DNA from: Hydrolagus colliei
Taxonomy: Eukaryota
NCBI GenBank assembly: GCA_035084275.1
Contig: CM068746.1
Coordinates: 12,710,001-12,774,000, forward strand
Direction: 5' to 3'
Length of the DNA stretch: 64,000 nucleotides
The stretch's first letter is position 1. Each line of letters opens with the position of its first letter. Shown piece after piece: positions 35,567-50,707 of the stretch. The position numbers and the translations under genes were made by a program. The notes under the pieces were generated by a model. That model had not been told where the DNA came from and did not search any database. It worked only from the letters and a program-made list of their open reading frames with translations.

Positions 35567-36276
35567 GTATATACAGTATATATACGTGTACAGTATTTAA
35601 TATGTATATTTTATACTGCGTACGTGTATATGAGCCATACCCATCAGTTTCCTTTGGTTTCACTTTGAAAACTAAACAAGAGATCAACATCTTTCCTGGC
35701 AGCTATGACAGAGGGTGATTTCAGACAGTGAAACACACACAAGCACTGCACTCACTGTCCTGCTGCCTGTACAATAAGCATTCACTCAATCTCTGTTATT
35801 TCCCAAAAAAATATCATATTATTGTTTAATCCCCATTAATGTACCTACCATAGTTAAGTTGTCTTCTCCGTTGTGGAGGAAGGAAATTGCTGTGGGGAGG
35901 AACAATAGTCTTTAGCCAATGGGGCAGCCAGATTAGGATTACTGGTGCAATCAAGAGCTCTGGGTTGGTGGGGTGGGAGGAGAAAGAAAAATAAGATTGA
36001 TGCTGTAAACATCATAATGAAACTGAAACATCAGTAACTCAAAGTTTCGAGTTCTCAGTCAGGGTTATAATTCTATAATTAAACGTTCAGCTAAAATTTA
36101 CAGTCACTCTAGCTCAGTGGTTAGAGCACTCACCTTCTAAGTGAAGAGACCTGGGTTCGATTCCCAGCAGGTCCGGACAAAACTTTGAGCAAGTTTCTTT
36201 ACTCCACTCGCATGATAATAAACAAAATGAAGTTCCCAAAATATCATTTTAAAAAAAATTACATTCCTCTGTTGTA

Positions 36277-37560
36277 TTCAACAACAACAACTTTGATTTA
36301 TGTAGCGCCCTCCATGCCGGACGGCGTCTCAGAGCGCTTCACAATAAAGGATCCCGGGCCTGAGCCAGGGGGAGGGGGGAAAAGGTGACCGAAGGCGCGG
36401 TCGAAAAGAAAGGTCTTCAGCTGAGACCTGAAACTAGGAAGAGAGGGGGCGAGGTGAAGGGAGTGAGCAAGGGAATTCAGAGCCTCGGGGCGTAGTGGCT
36501 TAAGGTACTGCTGCCGTTAGTGGAGCGGAGGATTTGGGGGACACGTAGGAGGCCAGACCCGGTGGAGTGAAGGCAACGAGTGAAGGTGCTGTGTTGGGAA
36601 GAAAGGAGGTCAGAGAGGTAGTGGGGTGCAGGGAACTGGAGAAATTTGAAAACAAGAGTGAGCATCTTGAAATTGATCCTCTCCAGGACAGGGAGCCAGT
36701 GAAGTCTGGCAAGGACTGGGGTAATGGGGGAGCAAAGCGTGATGCGGGTGAGAACGCAGACGGCAGAGTTCTGAATGAGCTGGATTTTATGGATTGTGGT
36801 GGAGGGGAGATCGGCGAGGAGGGCATTGGAATAGTCCAGCCGAGAGGTGACAAAGGCATGGACCGCGGTGAGTTTCAGCGGCGTTTGGGGCAAGGTATTG
36901 CCAGAGACGGGCAATACATTGCAGGTGGAAAAAAGCAGTGTTGGTGAGGGACCGGATGTGGGGGAGGAAGGACAGTTGGGGGTTGAACCTGATGTCAAGG
37001 ATGCGTACCGGTTTGGAGAGTTTCAGGGTCAGGTCGGGTAGATGGAGCAGGTGAGAGCCGTGTGACTGAAGACAATGACGAGAGCCAAAGAGTATGGTTT
37101 CCGTCTTATCGACATTCAGCTGCAGGAAATTTGCGCTCATCCAGCTCCTGATGTCTGACAAGCAGGCCGTTAGAACATCAGGGGACTGGGGGTCGCAAAG
37201 TGAGGTGGAAAAATACAGTTAGATGTCATCAGCATACATGTGGAAGTGTGCCCCATGACTGTAGATGTCTGCAAGAGGGAGCATGTAGATGAGGAAGAGG
37301 AGGGGGCCAAGGATGGATCCTTGGGGTACCCCACAGGTAACCAGGTGAGAGTGGGAGGAAAGCCATTTGTGGTGATGCATTGCTGGCTGTTTGTGAGATA
37401 CAACTCGAACCAGGCGAGTGCGGTCCCACTGAAATGAATGACGGAGGATAGGCGGTGGAGGAGGATGGTGTGGTTGACAGTGTTGAACTCGGCTGAGAGG
37501 TCCAGGAGAATATTCCCCCCACCCCACACCCACTGCTTATTTTCCCTCCTCCCCTGGAGG
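36277..37560 (-). mobile_element. L2 LINE, second subfamily tail
   Basis: GVPQGSILGPLLFLIYM, HMYADDI and [11 protein letters not shown] motifs; tail ...ctgagacgccgtccggcatggagggcgctac...(TTG)n. Confidence 0.92.
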
Positions 37561-40016
37561 CAGTAATTCATGCTGAGTTTAGGTTCAGCAGACACGGATC
37601 ATCAGCGAATATATCATCCAAATGGCTATTCTTTATGCCCAATCCCAGTGTGTTCAGACTACACTGAATCTAAGCACTCTGAGACGCCATCCGGCGTGGA
37701 GGGCGCTATATAAATTGTTTTAGCGCCTTGGGACGTCCTCCCGACGTGAAAGGCGCTATATAAATGTAAATTGTTGTTGTTGTTGTTGTTGTTGAATCAT
37801 AAAACACGGAGCATCTCTGCGTATGAACATTTTGCTGGAATAATAAGAAGAGTTGTTCCCCCTTCCACTAACCTGAGAAATTGAGGATAATTTAATTCTT
37901 TCTCACTGTCACTGTAGCCTGATTAAACTGATTCACCACCAGTCGAGAATCAAGCCTAGGGATTTGTGTGTCTGGTCTTCAAAGGATTTGAACAGTAACT
38001 TGAATTGCACTGCAAATTGATCGGGGAAGTGACGTTTGAAGACACCAATGTGTGGACATCTTATTTTGTGGTCAGCCAGGTAACTGACACATGCAGAAAC
38101 CCATTACCGTTGCTTAAGAGTCTCCAAATCAAGCTGTGAATTCCTTGCATTCCACCTACACATGGAAATCCCAGAGAGTGATTGTTGGAATAGAATGCTC
38201 TCTCTCTCCCTTCTTAGAGGGACTTCTGGAAAGTATTAGGTGCGGGTTGGCAAGAGCCAGGGCTTAGGGATCCTAGAGTGTGCGATATGGTAACTGCTGG
38301 TGTCTCAGTGAAAGATATTTGGTATTTGTCTTTTTGTATTCATTTTCCACCGTTGGATTTTTCTTTTTTGGGGGAGCAAAAATACACAGTGTGTACTGCA
38401 CATATAGTCTCACTGTTAATGATCAGCCTCTGTGCCTCTTAAAACTGAGTGAACTGAATTACCTACTGGCTTTGTGCTGTGTAATTAAGATGATGATGTA
38501 AGATCATTACAGTAAATGTGATGAGTTATGATGAGGTTGGTATTTGGAATATTTATTGTTGAAGTTTTAGTGTAATAAATAAGCCTTCTCTTATAATATG
38601 GCATCAAATTTCCAGCAATAATCATTCTCCTAACTCCTTATGTTGGGAATGATAATAATCCTTGTTTTCAATGTAGCAACTTTAAAATCAGGTAGACGTC
38701 TCAAAGCATTTTCCATGTTCTAATGAAGGGTCGTGGACCTGAAATGTTGACTCAATTTTCCTTTCTCCATGGATTATTATTATTGTTATTATTATAGATG
38801 CTGCCTGACCTGCGGAGTGTTCCCAGCGATTTCTCTTTTTGTTTCAGATTTCTGCAGTATTTTGCATATTTTCCTTTGGTTTAGATGATTCCTTTCTCAG
38901 TTTCCGTTTCTCATTCTCTTTGGCAGAAGAGATTTCTTGAAATGTAAGGATAATTGAAAGTGGAAATGTGTTGCCCACAATGATCACCCCTTCCGCTCAG
39001 CAGGCTCTGCCCTGCTCCACGTCCCCTGACCCACCCGCCCCACCATTGGCGGGCGAGCCTTCAGCCACTCTGCCCCCAACCTCTGGAACTCCATCTCGCA
39101 GTCCCTCCGCCTCGCCCCCTCCCTTGCCTCCTTCAAGTCTCATCTCAAGACTCTTCGATGGACACATCGGCAACTTCTAATCACCCCCTTCCCTCCCCCC
39201 ACCCACCCCCAATGTCCTCAGCTCGGGTCTAAAGCAATGACTGTCCAGCGCCTTGGGAGGTCCTCCTAATGTGAAAGGCACTATACAAGTGTAATTTTGT
39301 TGTTTTGGATTCAAGACACTGTACATTTCGTGTAACTCAAAGGGCTTTACATCTATCAGAAGTTCTAACCTTCCTTGTGAATTACTCTCGGTTTTGAATT
39401 ATTTACCACTTTCCTGGAAATAAGGGTTTCGTTATAAAGCCGTCAATACATTGTGTCAGGAATGTTATTCACACGCATCAAAATAACAATGTCTTTGAAT
39501 TTATGAACGAGATGATTTAATCTTCACAGTAATTGACAATTTTTTATGCATTCATTTAAATTGCTTTAACATGTGACATACGCCATGTTTCGCCCACGAG
39601 ATAGACAGTCAATGTACTTTGCAGTATATTTTGTGAAGCACTTTGAGATGTTTTGAAGACGTGATATGATGCAAGATCAACTGCCAAGGATTATTAATAT
39701 ATGAAATGCACAATATGAGTATATTGCAAACTGCAGTCGTTTTTTTTCAGCAAAAAGAAAACAGACATTGCTACTGGCCAAGAGACTAGAAATATTCATT
39801 TGAACTAAACTAGAGAGTTTGGGGTTAATTTTTTACTTAAAACGTTAGCAAACAGTTTGTGACAATGGCATTTTTAATTGTCTTAGCGTTTAGCAATTTG
39901 TTCTGTAAATTTGGTTGACATTTGAGAGGAAGGTGTCTCAGGTGACAGCAGAAGATTGACACTCCTCTCATTCCTCTATCCATTCCATCTATCCAGGCTC
40001 TGTCTCGTTCAATTAA

Positions 40017-43000
40017 TTACTTCCAGCGACCAGCCACCTTAGTCTTCCCACGAGCTCCTTTAGCGGTTCTGTAGATTTGAAAACAGAAATATCAGTTACC
40101 ATGTTGTCGTTTATTTTTTTCCACACAAATATTATTACAGAAACAATAGTAAAATTGGTCATTTCAATCCACGATTGTTTGTGGGACATTGCTGTGCACA
40201 ACAGGCTGCCGCATTTTGCCCACAGGTATACAGTCAATTCACTTTACAATATATTCTGTGGAGCGCTTTGAGACGTCTAGAAGACATGAAAAGAGCTATA
40301 TCAAATGCAAGAATGATTATTATTATTATATCATTTTGATCACCTTTTATTTCATAACTATTGTCAGTGGCTGTGCCAACGTCTGCACATCTGATGAAAG
40401 CAATAGAACCAATATACCCATTTCTATTATCCTGGGAAACACTTTTATATGGAGAAGAATTACATTTTGGGTTTCAATCTTACCACCAGAGATGATCGAG
40501 TAGAACTCGTGAAACTGACCGACGAAATATCACTACAAAAGCGCCACCTTGTGGTTTTATCCTCACATAACCATTTGTTTATAGCACCAAATAATTAAAG
40601 ATGCTTCTTACTGACACCAGCTACAAATAAGGGTCAACTTCCACATGTACATGCAAATCTACTTTTCCACTTCTCTTGATTTCAGTTCACTGATGTTCTG
40701 ATTACCTGCTTACTGGCTATCAAGGCCTGGATAATGCTTAATTTCTTGCAACTCAACACGGACAAGGCAGAAGCCATCCTCTTTGGCTCCGTCTCCTCAC
40801 TTATGACTCACACCTTCTCAACCCTCCTGGTCTAACTTTCAAACTTACCAAAACCGTTGTTTGCGGAGCGCTGCTGCGCACAATTGGCTGTCATTCTTTG
40901 CACACAAAACATACCATCAATGTCATTGTACAATAGATTCTGTGAAGCGCTTTGAGACACCTCAATAGAACAGTTATTATTGATAGCATCTTGTTTGATC
41001 CTCAGCTCTCCTTCCTTCATATTCATGCACTGACCAAGGTCACATTTTCTCACCTGCTCACCTCTGCCCCAAACTCACACAAAATGTTTAAATTCCCCCT
41101 CAAAACCTTCTTCACCTCTCCCCTCCCCTACCTACCTTTAGAACTCCATCCCACAATCCCTTTGCCTTGCTCCCTCCCCTGCCTCCTTCAAAGTCTGACT
41201 CAAGATCTTCCTTTTCGACTGTGCCTTCAGCCTCCCTCCTACTTCTCTACCCTCCCTCATCCCAATCCTGCCCCCTAAATCCCTCTCCCTATTCTTGGGT
41301 CCTGATCCCTGTCTGTTCAGTGCCTTGAGACGTCCTCCCGAAGTGAAAGGTGCTCTTGTGAAAGGCGTTATACAAATGTAATTTTGTTGTTGCTGTTGTT
41401 GCCTTACTCAGGGACAATTCATACAGTGTAAGGATTCATACAGTCCAACATGAATGTTTAAGTGGTGGGAGACACAATGAATTAGCTCCTGCTGAAACAA
41501 GGGGAGAATATTGTCTGTAGAAAGAAAGAAATCTGCGTTGAATAGCGGAAATGAGTGAGTTTTGATTCAATTATCATTGGGGTTTGGAGTATACATGATC
41601 TTGGCAACAGTGTTTGGGTAAATTCCGCAATATACTTGGCTTTGTATGGTCTGTAGAATCAGTAGGGTCAATGGAACAAATCTCATTTAATTTAAGTTTT
41701 AAACTAGATTAATATAACACATCTGCATCACCATAGACACTTTAAAATGGAATGATCTGCCAAAGGTTAAATACTCACAATTTCTGGTGATCTGACACTC
41801 GAGTACGAAGCACATTAATCTGTAAACACACAAGGAGTTTTGTTTAGTAAAAAACAAATAATAGAACAATTATCTATTTCGAGTCCAGTTGATGGACGAA
41901 GATTGAACTTTCGTCTCTTGCCTTTGCCTCCTCAATAGGGTGTTGGTGTTTTCCAATAGAAACCACTGAGAGTGTGTGGGTGAATGAGTGGTCTTTCTTT
42001 TATACCCAAAACCGATTGGGGTTGCCTAGTTAGGAAGCTAAACTCTACTTACTTCATATCTCTGTCTTTTCAGTTTCTCAGACAGGTCAAACTTTTCTCC
42101 TTCCAACTTCAGTAACCAATCTGCAAGCTCCCGGGCTTTATCCCTGTACAAGATGGACAGTATGATTTGTTATGGCTTTTACACCATTTTCTTATACACT
42201 TACAGTTAAACTTAAATCACTATGCAGTGTGGCTCAGTTACTTGCATGAACTTACTTGAGCTTGTCATCACTGAGGTGCTCAATATTGAGAGGTTTATGT
42301 CTGTCTGCAAGAATCTTCCTTTTCTTTTCTCTCTCGGTTTGTTTCTTCCCTCTGCGGTTCTCACTCTGTGAGACAGGAAAATGGACATTGAGTCAAAATC
42401 TGATCAGCTAACAAGATTCAAAGAACCTTCTTTAAAAATTCAAAATAAATCCCTGAAACGAATGGCAAACATATTAAATTGGAGTTCTGGAACTCAGTGG
42501 TTAGGTCACTCTCCTTACAAGCAAGAGACCTGGGTTCAATCCCCAGCGGGGTGAAAGCTTGGCCAAGTTTCTTTACTACACTGGCCTAATAATAATGTGC
42601 TGTGCACAATTGACTGCCGCGTTTCGCCCACAAATACAGTCAATTCACTTTACAGTGTATTCTGTGAAGCGCTTTGAGATGTTTAGAAGACATGTAAAGC
42701 ACTATATCACATGCAAGGAATATTATTATTATTAAATTCTTAACAAAGCATACTATATATAATTGTGTCCTATCCATAACTTCCTAGTCGGACTAGGAAC
42801 TATAAAATCAATACGATTTTTGCCTGCATGACACACAACTAGACAGTATGTTTGTGATAAGGACTTTTAACATTAGTAGCTAGTACCTTCTGCATATAAC
42901 CTCCATAGTGTAGGGACATGTTGGAAAGAACTTTCTTCTTCTTGGCATCTTCTTCGACCTTCTTCCGAACTTCCTCATCTTCCTTTCTCGCTTTTTCCTC

Positions 43001-46000
43001 CTATGGAATATATTTGTGTTTGAAAAGACAATTAGTTATCTCAAATGCTCTTGGGTTATGCAGATCACTAGGTGATGCATTGGTTGAGATGCTTGACTGG
43101 TTGAACCAATTTGTCCTTTTGGATGTCGATGACAACAGTGGAGTTAGTGATGCACAGCAGTTCTGCTGACAGAGGCGGCCTTTGTTAAACAAGCGGAGAT
43201 CCTGCGCATCTCAGACGACACAACTTTCTTCAGGGTTTCAATCCAGTGTTGCATAAACACATCCTCATCCTTCCCTAGTTGTGCAGCTCTCTGCAATTTG
43301 TCTACCAGAAAGCTGCACTCTGCCCATCTTACTGATGATATACCGTGGATTGAATCTTGGATAGTTTAGATGCTGGGTGGGTCCCAACTTTGAGCTGCTG
43401 AGGGTCGGATGTCCTATTTGTGAAACATCCGAGTCCGTACAAGCAGAATTTGTGCGTTTCTCTTTCAGAACCATAACATTTATGGATTCTGGAGGGAGCG
43501 GGTGGGCCAGATGAAATGGAGCGAGCATGGCGGGTGCGGGGAGCGCAGATGAAATGTGGGAGGGGCTGATGAAATGAACTGCAGGCCCCCAGTTGTACAT
43601 CCCCTAGTTTAGGAGGTTCATATGATCTACTAGTTAGTGGCATTTGGTCTCCCTAATAAACCACTGTATTGTCATTGAATATGTATTTTCTCAATTGGTA
43701 GAATCTGCCATCACATCTTTAATTATCTATTAGAGTGAATCTTGCTGTAACCAGCAAATCCAATGATGGTCAGTAAGGTTGTTGTATAATTCTGCTTTTT
43801 GAATACATTATGTACTAATGTGTCATTGTCAACGATGTCCAAATATTTGACATTGTGCTATACTATAAATATGAATTGAATTCCATGACTGTCCAGCGCC
43901 TTGGGATGTCTTCCTGAGGTGAAAGGCGCCGTGCAAATGTAATTTTGTATTTTGTATTGCATCAAAATATGCCGGGGTTTGAACTTGGAATCCTCCAGGT
44001 TTACATGGTTCAGAACTTTATGGATGATGGAGTTATTCGGTGAAGGAGGAATATAAAGATGTACAGTATTTATTTTTAACAAAAATAACTTACGGCCACT
44101 CGATTCAGCCGCTCTTTTTCCTTATCTACTCGAATTCGTTGCTGATCAGATCGTTCCGTTCTACGTTTTTCCTGTAAGCAAATGGCGTTTTTATATTTAA
44201 AATAAATAATTTGTGAAAAATTTAAATCATACATCACATCATACACAGAAATCTAATATCCTATTTGGGGTGAGGGTTAATTTTATTTTAAGCCTTTCCG
44301 TATTTTGTTCTCAATCGAATAGCCTGAGTACATTATATTGCCCTTGCAGCTCCCTTCTTAATCCTTTTTATACATAATAAACACAAAATTTCACCCACAA
44401 AATACACAGTCAATTTACTTTACAGTATGTTCGGCGAAGCACTTTGGGACGTCTCAGCGACGTGATACGGCGCTACATCAAATGCAAAGCTCATTAAGTG
44501 CATCTATTTACAACAATTATTTAAGCCCTTCATTAAGATTTATCTTTTTGGACAATGTTTTAGCCACTTTCTCTCCACACAGAGACACCATCCCATCCCC
44601 CCCGGCCCCCACCCTCCCACCCAAGTTTGGGCTCACAATCAACAACAACAACAACTTCGATTTATATAGCGCCCTCCATGCCGGACGGCGTCTCAGAGTG
44701 CTTTCATCTATCATCTAATCATCTATGTTAAGCACTCTGAGATGTCCTCCTAGCCTGAAATGTAGTATACAAATCTATGTTGTGGTTATCATATAGATTT
44801 CAACAATAGAGACATACAATTCTGTCTTTTAAAGCAACCAGTTCCTCCTCTTCCTTTTTCCTCTTCTCAAAGTGAGCTTCAATCAGGGTCTGGAGCTCAA
44901 GCAAGTCCTTTTCCATACGTTTTCTATGAATGTCCTGGGGGGGGGAACGATACAAAATACACTTTACATTAAGTTTTGTGAAGTGCTTTGATACACCTCA
45001 ACAATGTGATATGGTGTTATATCAATTACAACAATCTATGATTGTTATTATTACGGTCAAAAGAATCAGGATTAATGACAGGTTTCTACATAAATGTACT
45101 GTAGGCAGTTTCTATGTACTGTACCATAAAATTCATTCCTAATTGTACATTCCTCTTCCTAGCTGAAATAGATATACAGTATTTAATCCAACATATATAA
45201 ATTACAGGATGTTTGAAAGAATATGTATGCTTCCATAAGTATAAAATATTGTTTAAAATGCCAACTATTTTATTGTGTCACAAGAAAGGGAGCAACACTT
45301 ACATCAAAATCAACTTTGTCACCATCAGGAATTTTGGGAGCTACAAGGTTTTGCATGAATAACCTGAAAGAACAAGATACAATTAAATCTGAACTCCATT
45401 TCTCTATATAACCAGTATACGGAACGCATGAATAATAGATCAAGGTTATCCAAGTTAGTCTATTTGTATATCCCATCTCACTGTGTGTGAACAGGATACT
45501 CCAGAAATAAAGCATTATGTAGTATCCAGGAAATATTTAACGCACTAAGAATTCCTGGGATTTGTATTTAGCTGAGGTATGTTACCTTTACAAAATAGTT
45601 TAGACAACATACTTTAGCGTAGCTTAATTATAAAAATGCACTTGCTGTTGTTCTCGTTTGAGACTTACTTCTGTTTGGGCTTTGCCTCTTCTGTAAAAGT
45701 TAACAAAATCAAACAATATACTGTATTAATAAACACATGATACCAAAACAATGCTATATACAGTTTTAATGCTTAAAATTGCTACGATATGTAATAATAA
45801 TACAGTACCCCTTGCATTTGATACATGTAGCAAGCTAATGGCTGTTATATTAATTCTAATATTTATTATTACACAAAATCTTGACAATCAGTGCACTGGA
45901 CAATCAGTGTTTCGGCCCTGGGCTGGGGAGGGTGGAAGGAATGGAGGGGAAGGAGGGTGATTGAAAGTACGGTCGAAGAGGAGGGTCTTGAGATGGGTCT

Positions 46001-49000
46001 TGAAAGAGACAGGGAGTGGGTGAGGTGGAGGGATTGCACGATGGAGTTCCAGAATGTGGGGGCAGAGTGGTTGAAGGCCTTTATGCCAATGGTGGAGTGG
46101 GCAAGTCAGGGGACGTGAAGCAAGCCGCTGAGTGAAGGGAGCGGGCATGGAGGGCTTCGAAGCTGAGGACCAGGTTCTTGAACTGTATCCTCTGTGTGGT
46201 GAAAAGATGTTTAGTACATCTTTAGAAAATGTTTAATATGAGCTTTGAGATGTCCTTCCAATGTGAAAGACACTGCTGTACATCAAATGTAAGGATAATT
46301 TCTTTATTTATCTTCCCAACACATACAAATTATTTACAGGTAGGATACAGGTTATCCAAAATATCCACCCAATGGTTATTTAAACAAGGTTAGTATAGTT
46401 TATTTGTTTTCCAGATGTAATATCTTATTTGAATACAGTGTTATGCTAATAAATCTCTTTACCACCAAAATAAACAGATTGGTATCAACATGGCCATTCA
46501 TATTTTAGATTTTAATATCAAATACACATTACAATTCAAATTTCTTGTGTTTATTTAGGATTATCTGTAGATATTTCATTGCAAGGATGCAGTCAAATGT
46601 AAAGGTTATTTCTTTACCCTAGGTGCAATTGTGTTTTTGTTGAGTTGTGCAAGATCAATTTCAGTATCAGGATTATTTATTTGAAATATCATCGGTCACT
46701 AATGGGGAAACATTCTGCTGAGCTTTATGCCAGTGCATTTGGCTCTGTGTGATTATTGCATCAGTGGCTGACATTAAACATAAGGCAAGTTGCCTTACTC
46801 CACACGTCTCCGTTCACCTTGCAGTAAGTAGGAACCCGGTTGTCTGTCAATTGACGGATTGCTTTCTGGGGCTAATAATCCCTCCAAAAATATATTATAA
46901 CAATAACTGCTTGTGCACAATTGGTTGCTGGGTTTCGCCTTTCAAATATATAGTCACTCCACTTTACAATACATTCTGTGAAGCGCTTTGAGACGTCTTG
47001 ATGATGTGCTAAGGCGCTACATCAAATGAAAATATTAGTATCACCATACATGATGTGTGCAACACTAATTGGAATTTTTTCCAAGAGTATTAAGTATTGC
47101 CCAAAGAAGAAACAAACATTCTCAACATACATCCCATGCGATCATAATATTTTAAAAAATGATTACATACCCTCCTCTGTTTCTCCTCCTGAGAGAGGGT
47201 AAAAAACAAATTCAGGGAGTAGATAAGAGCCACACACAGTACATCCAACATCAACAATTATGGAGCTGAAATTTCTCTTTTTGATCCAGTTGATTCAGAA
47301 CTCTGTGGCCTGCATACTGACCCGGATGAAACTCCATACACACATCTCACCAGTTCCAGCCCAGGCTCCCTCCCCATCGACTTCAAAATCCTCACACTAG
47401 TGTTTAAATCCACTCACTCCCTGACACCTCCCTGCCTCACCGTCCTCCTTTGACCATGCTTACAGCCAATTCCCTACAACTCCCCACACTTTCCCACTGT
47501 TAAACGCTCTGAGGCAGTACCTGGCGTGGAGGCCACCATATAAATGAAAGTTGTTGTTGGTGGAAAGTTTGGAATAGAAATGGGTTTTCCAAGATCATGA
47601 AAGAAAAAGCTGTTGAAGTGACACAAGCACCAATGTTGTTAATGGCTGAGCGTGAGAAATAAATATCATCAGTGATGATATTCAGTGATGGTGGCAACTT
47701 CCTGACATTCTGTTGTCGCTAACATAAACTTTTGCGGTAACGCTCACCTCTGTATGGTGCACTTAGAAAAATACCATGCCTTGTTGCAGTAAAATACTTC
47801 ATGGAGTTCTCCGACTCATTCCCTTATTTTCCTCACAACTCAGGATGTACCCGTTTGTCTGTGATTTCGGTCATTCTTCCCGTCCCCTCCTCCCCTCAGC
47901 CCCAACTACCTAGCTAAGCCAGCAGTATTGAGTGCTTTGGGATGTCCTCCAAGTATAAAATGTGTTGCAAGAATGTAAACTGTATTGCATTGTATAAATA
48001 AATTACGCCTTTCTTAAGATACACCTTCAACTTTATGGGAAAATAACTAGAATAAGGCACAGCTATTTCCATAAACACCAGCTAATTGTCAAAATTTCTT
48101 TTTAAGGTTAAGAAACAAGAAAACACTACCTATTGTGAGAATTATGCCAGACTTGGGAATGCAAAAAAACAAAACGAGTTAATGAATTTGCAAAGAAAAT
48201 ATATATTTTTTAAAATTGCCAGGCAGAAACCAATTTAAAATTTAAAACCTTGGAAATTCCAAGGGCTCCCGCATGCACTCAAAGAGAGGCAGCAGATCAG
48301 GAAATGAGAGAGACAGAACTTGCAGAAGCTATTAGCAGGCATTGATCCATTTCACTAATTTCCCAAATATGTTATACCTGTTCTTAATGGCTTGTCCATT
48401 GATGAAGGAATAACAGCTTAGATTTTAACATACGCCTCAATTTGAGTATTCAGAAATAGCCAAGGAAGGGCACAGCATAACGTTTAACTTGATGTGGCAG
48501 ATATATTCGCCCACAAAATACAATAAATTCGATTCACTTTACAGTCTACTCTGTGAAGCGCTTTAAGACATCTCGAAGGCATGATAAGGCACTACATCAA
48601 ATGCAAGGATTATTTATTATTATTTAAGTATATTGGTGAACTCAATCAATTATTTACTGGATTTAGTTGATTTAGGACTGAAGTTTGAAAGACAAAACAG
48701 TGGGTATTACACCCAGGAGTACTGTGCTGAGCAAAATGGATCAATTCCCCAATATTATGACAGCTTCAGTAAATGGATGTCAATGCAGCAATCGTGTTAT
48801 CTGCGGGCTGAATATACCTTCTTGACTTGGTTGATCAGTCTGAAGAGAAGCAGATTCTGCTCATGTCAATCGATTAACAGAGAGAAAAAAATAGTCAGTC
48901 TGGTTTTGGTGTCATAAAACGTCATGTGCACTTTGCCTGCTGTGTTTGTTTTGTCACATTAGGACCACGTTTGTGATACTTTACGGTTGAGAAAAGTGAT

Positions 49001-50707
49001 CGATCACAGGAAAAAACATACTAAATAGCTCAATAATGCTGGTTCTCCAGGGAATAGATAACCAGTGAAGAACTACAAAGCATCTAAAACCAACAAGTCA
49101 ATAGTCCTGGTTGACGTTACTACATTTTTATGGTTTACCAAAAAATAAGTAATCCTTTAGTACGTTATTGCACTGGTTATTTCAAGATTTGGCATATATC
49201 GATAGCCCAGCCTTATTATACTGTCAATATTCAGTGTTTAGAATCATTGCAGTCGGCAAAATTATAGGGCATTCTTTGCAATCGTTCAGTGAAATCAAAC
49301 TCAAGTAGAATTTGATTTAATAAACTGTGCACCCCTTTAGGCCTCCTCTACTTCACTCACTGCCTGCTCGCTGCCTCTGCTCGCCTGACTCTGGCCTCCT
49401 GCTCATCCCTTATGCTCTCCGTTCCACATCGGTGGCTGTGCTTTCAGCCACTTCACTCGAACACTCTTCCTCTATCCCTTCGCCTTTCCCCCTCCTTCTC
49501 CATCTTCAGGTCGCGCCTGAAGACCTTCCTCTTTGGCCATCCCTATAGTCGCCTTTCCCCTCCCCCAATTCAGTATCGTGCTCCCTCCGCCAATAAAATG
49601 GAAACAAAATCTAACAAAGAATAACTTGTAGTAAGTTCAAAATTAGTGACTATGTTAAAATATCTGTTCAAAGTTCAGCATCGTACCTTCTGTCTCAGCT
49701 TCGGGTTCTTCTGCTTTAAAGAATTTCAAATGTAAATGTAAAGGAATAGTTTAAAGCTTTCCTTAAACATGAATCCAAGGGAGAACTAGCATATGATTTT
49801 AAAAACAGAGAAAGGAATAAACAGTGGCTGGAGAAAGAACATTTTCTCAAATACAAAAATACTTCATTATAAACAGAAGCAACAACACAATAAACTTTGG
49901 TATACATATTAACTTGTTGATTGCTGGTTTGCGCAAACGTTTGATGCAGTATCCTGACCCCATTAAATCAATGTTATTAGGATTCAATTCATTTCTGATG
50001 CACTGAAGAGTAGATAGAAAGGAGTTTGGGATATGACGATTTAGGGAAAGAAATTCTGTTATTGAAACCAGGCACACAAAATTGGTTGGATTACTGTAAA
50101 ATAAAATTATCATCATCATCACGTCTTGTTTCCAATCAGCTTTCCAAGTTTCTTACTCCATGTTAAAAATATTAATATGTTAGTAAAAAAAATGTATATT
50201 TTTGTACCTTCTTCCACTGGCGGTTCCTCTGTGAAGAAGAAATAGTGAAGGGAAAATGATGATGAAGAAAAATACAAAATATTTGGCCAGGAATTTGTTT
50301 TAATAACACTTGGAAAATCATCGATAAAGTTTTCTTACCTTCTTGCTCCCTGTAAGCAAAATAAAATATGCGGTTGATGAACAATAATTATTGAACCAAG
50401 GTAGATGAATGAATCGCAGCATCATGCAGCTAATCGCTAAATAATAATATAATAATCTTTGCATTTGATATAGCGCTTTTCCCGTCTTCTAGATGTCTCA
50501 AAGCGCTTCACAGAATGTACTGTGAAGTTAATTGACTGTATATATGTGGGTGAAATGCAGCAGTCAATTGCACACAGCGGCGTCCCCACAAACAGTCTTG
50601 GATTGAAATGACCAATTTATTATTTATTGTTTGTTAAGGTTTGAGAAATGCGCATTGTCAATTAAAACTTACTCTATATCCTCAGTGATCTCTTCAGTAT
50701 CTGCCAT
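40017..50707 (-). CDS. TNNT2-like: Troponin T, cardiac-like (TNNT2-like; possibly TNNT4 given the caldesmon neighbour)
   Basis: Exons: 50707-50673 ([11 protein letters not shown]), 50349-50339, 50228-50208, 49710-49687, [48856-48818], 47188-47171, 45690-45669, 45363-45303 ([20 protein letters not shown]), 44934-44818 ([11 protein letters not shown]...), 44171-44094, 43000-42887 ([10 protein letters not shown]...[12 protein letters not shown]), 42365-42256, 42143-42053, 41819-41779 ([13 protein letters not shown]), 40068-40017 ([16 protein letters not shown]). Confidence 0.95.
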
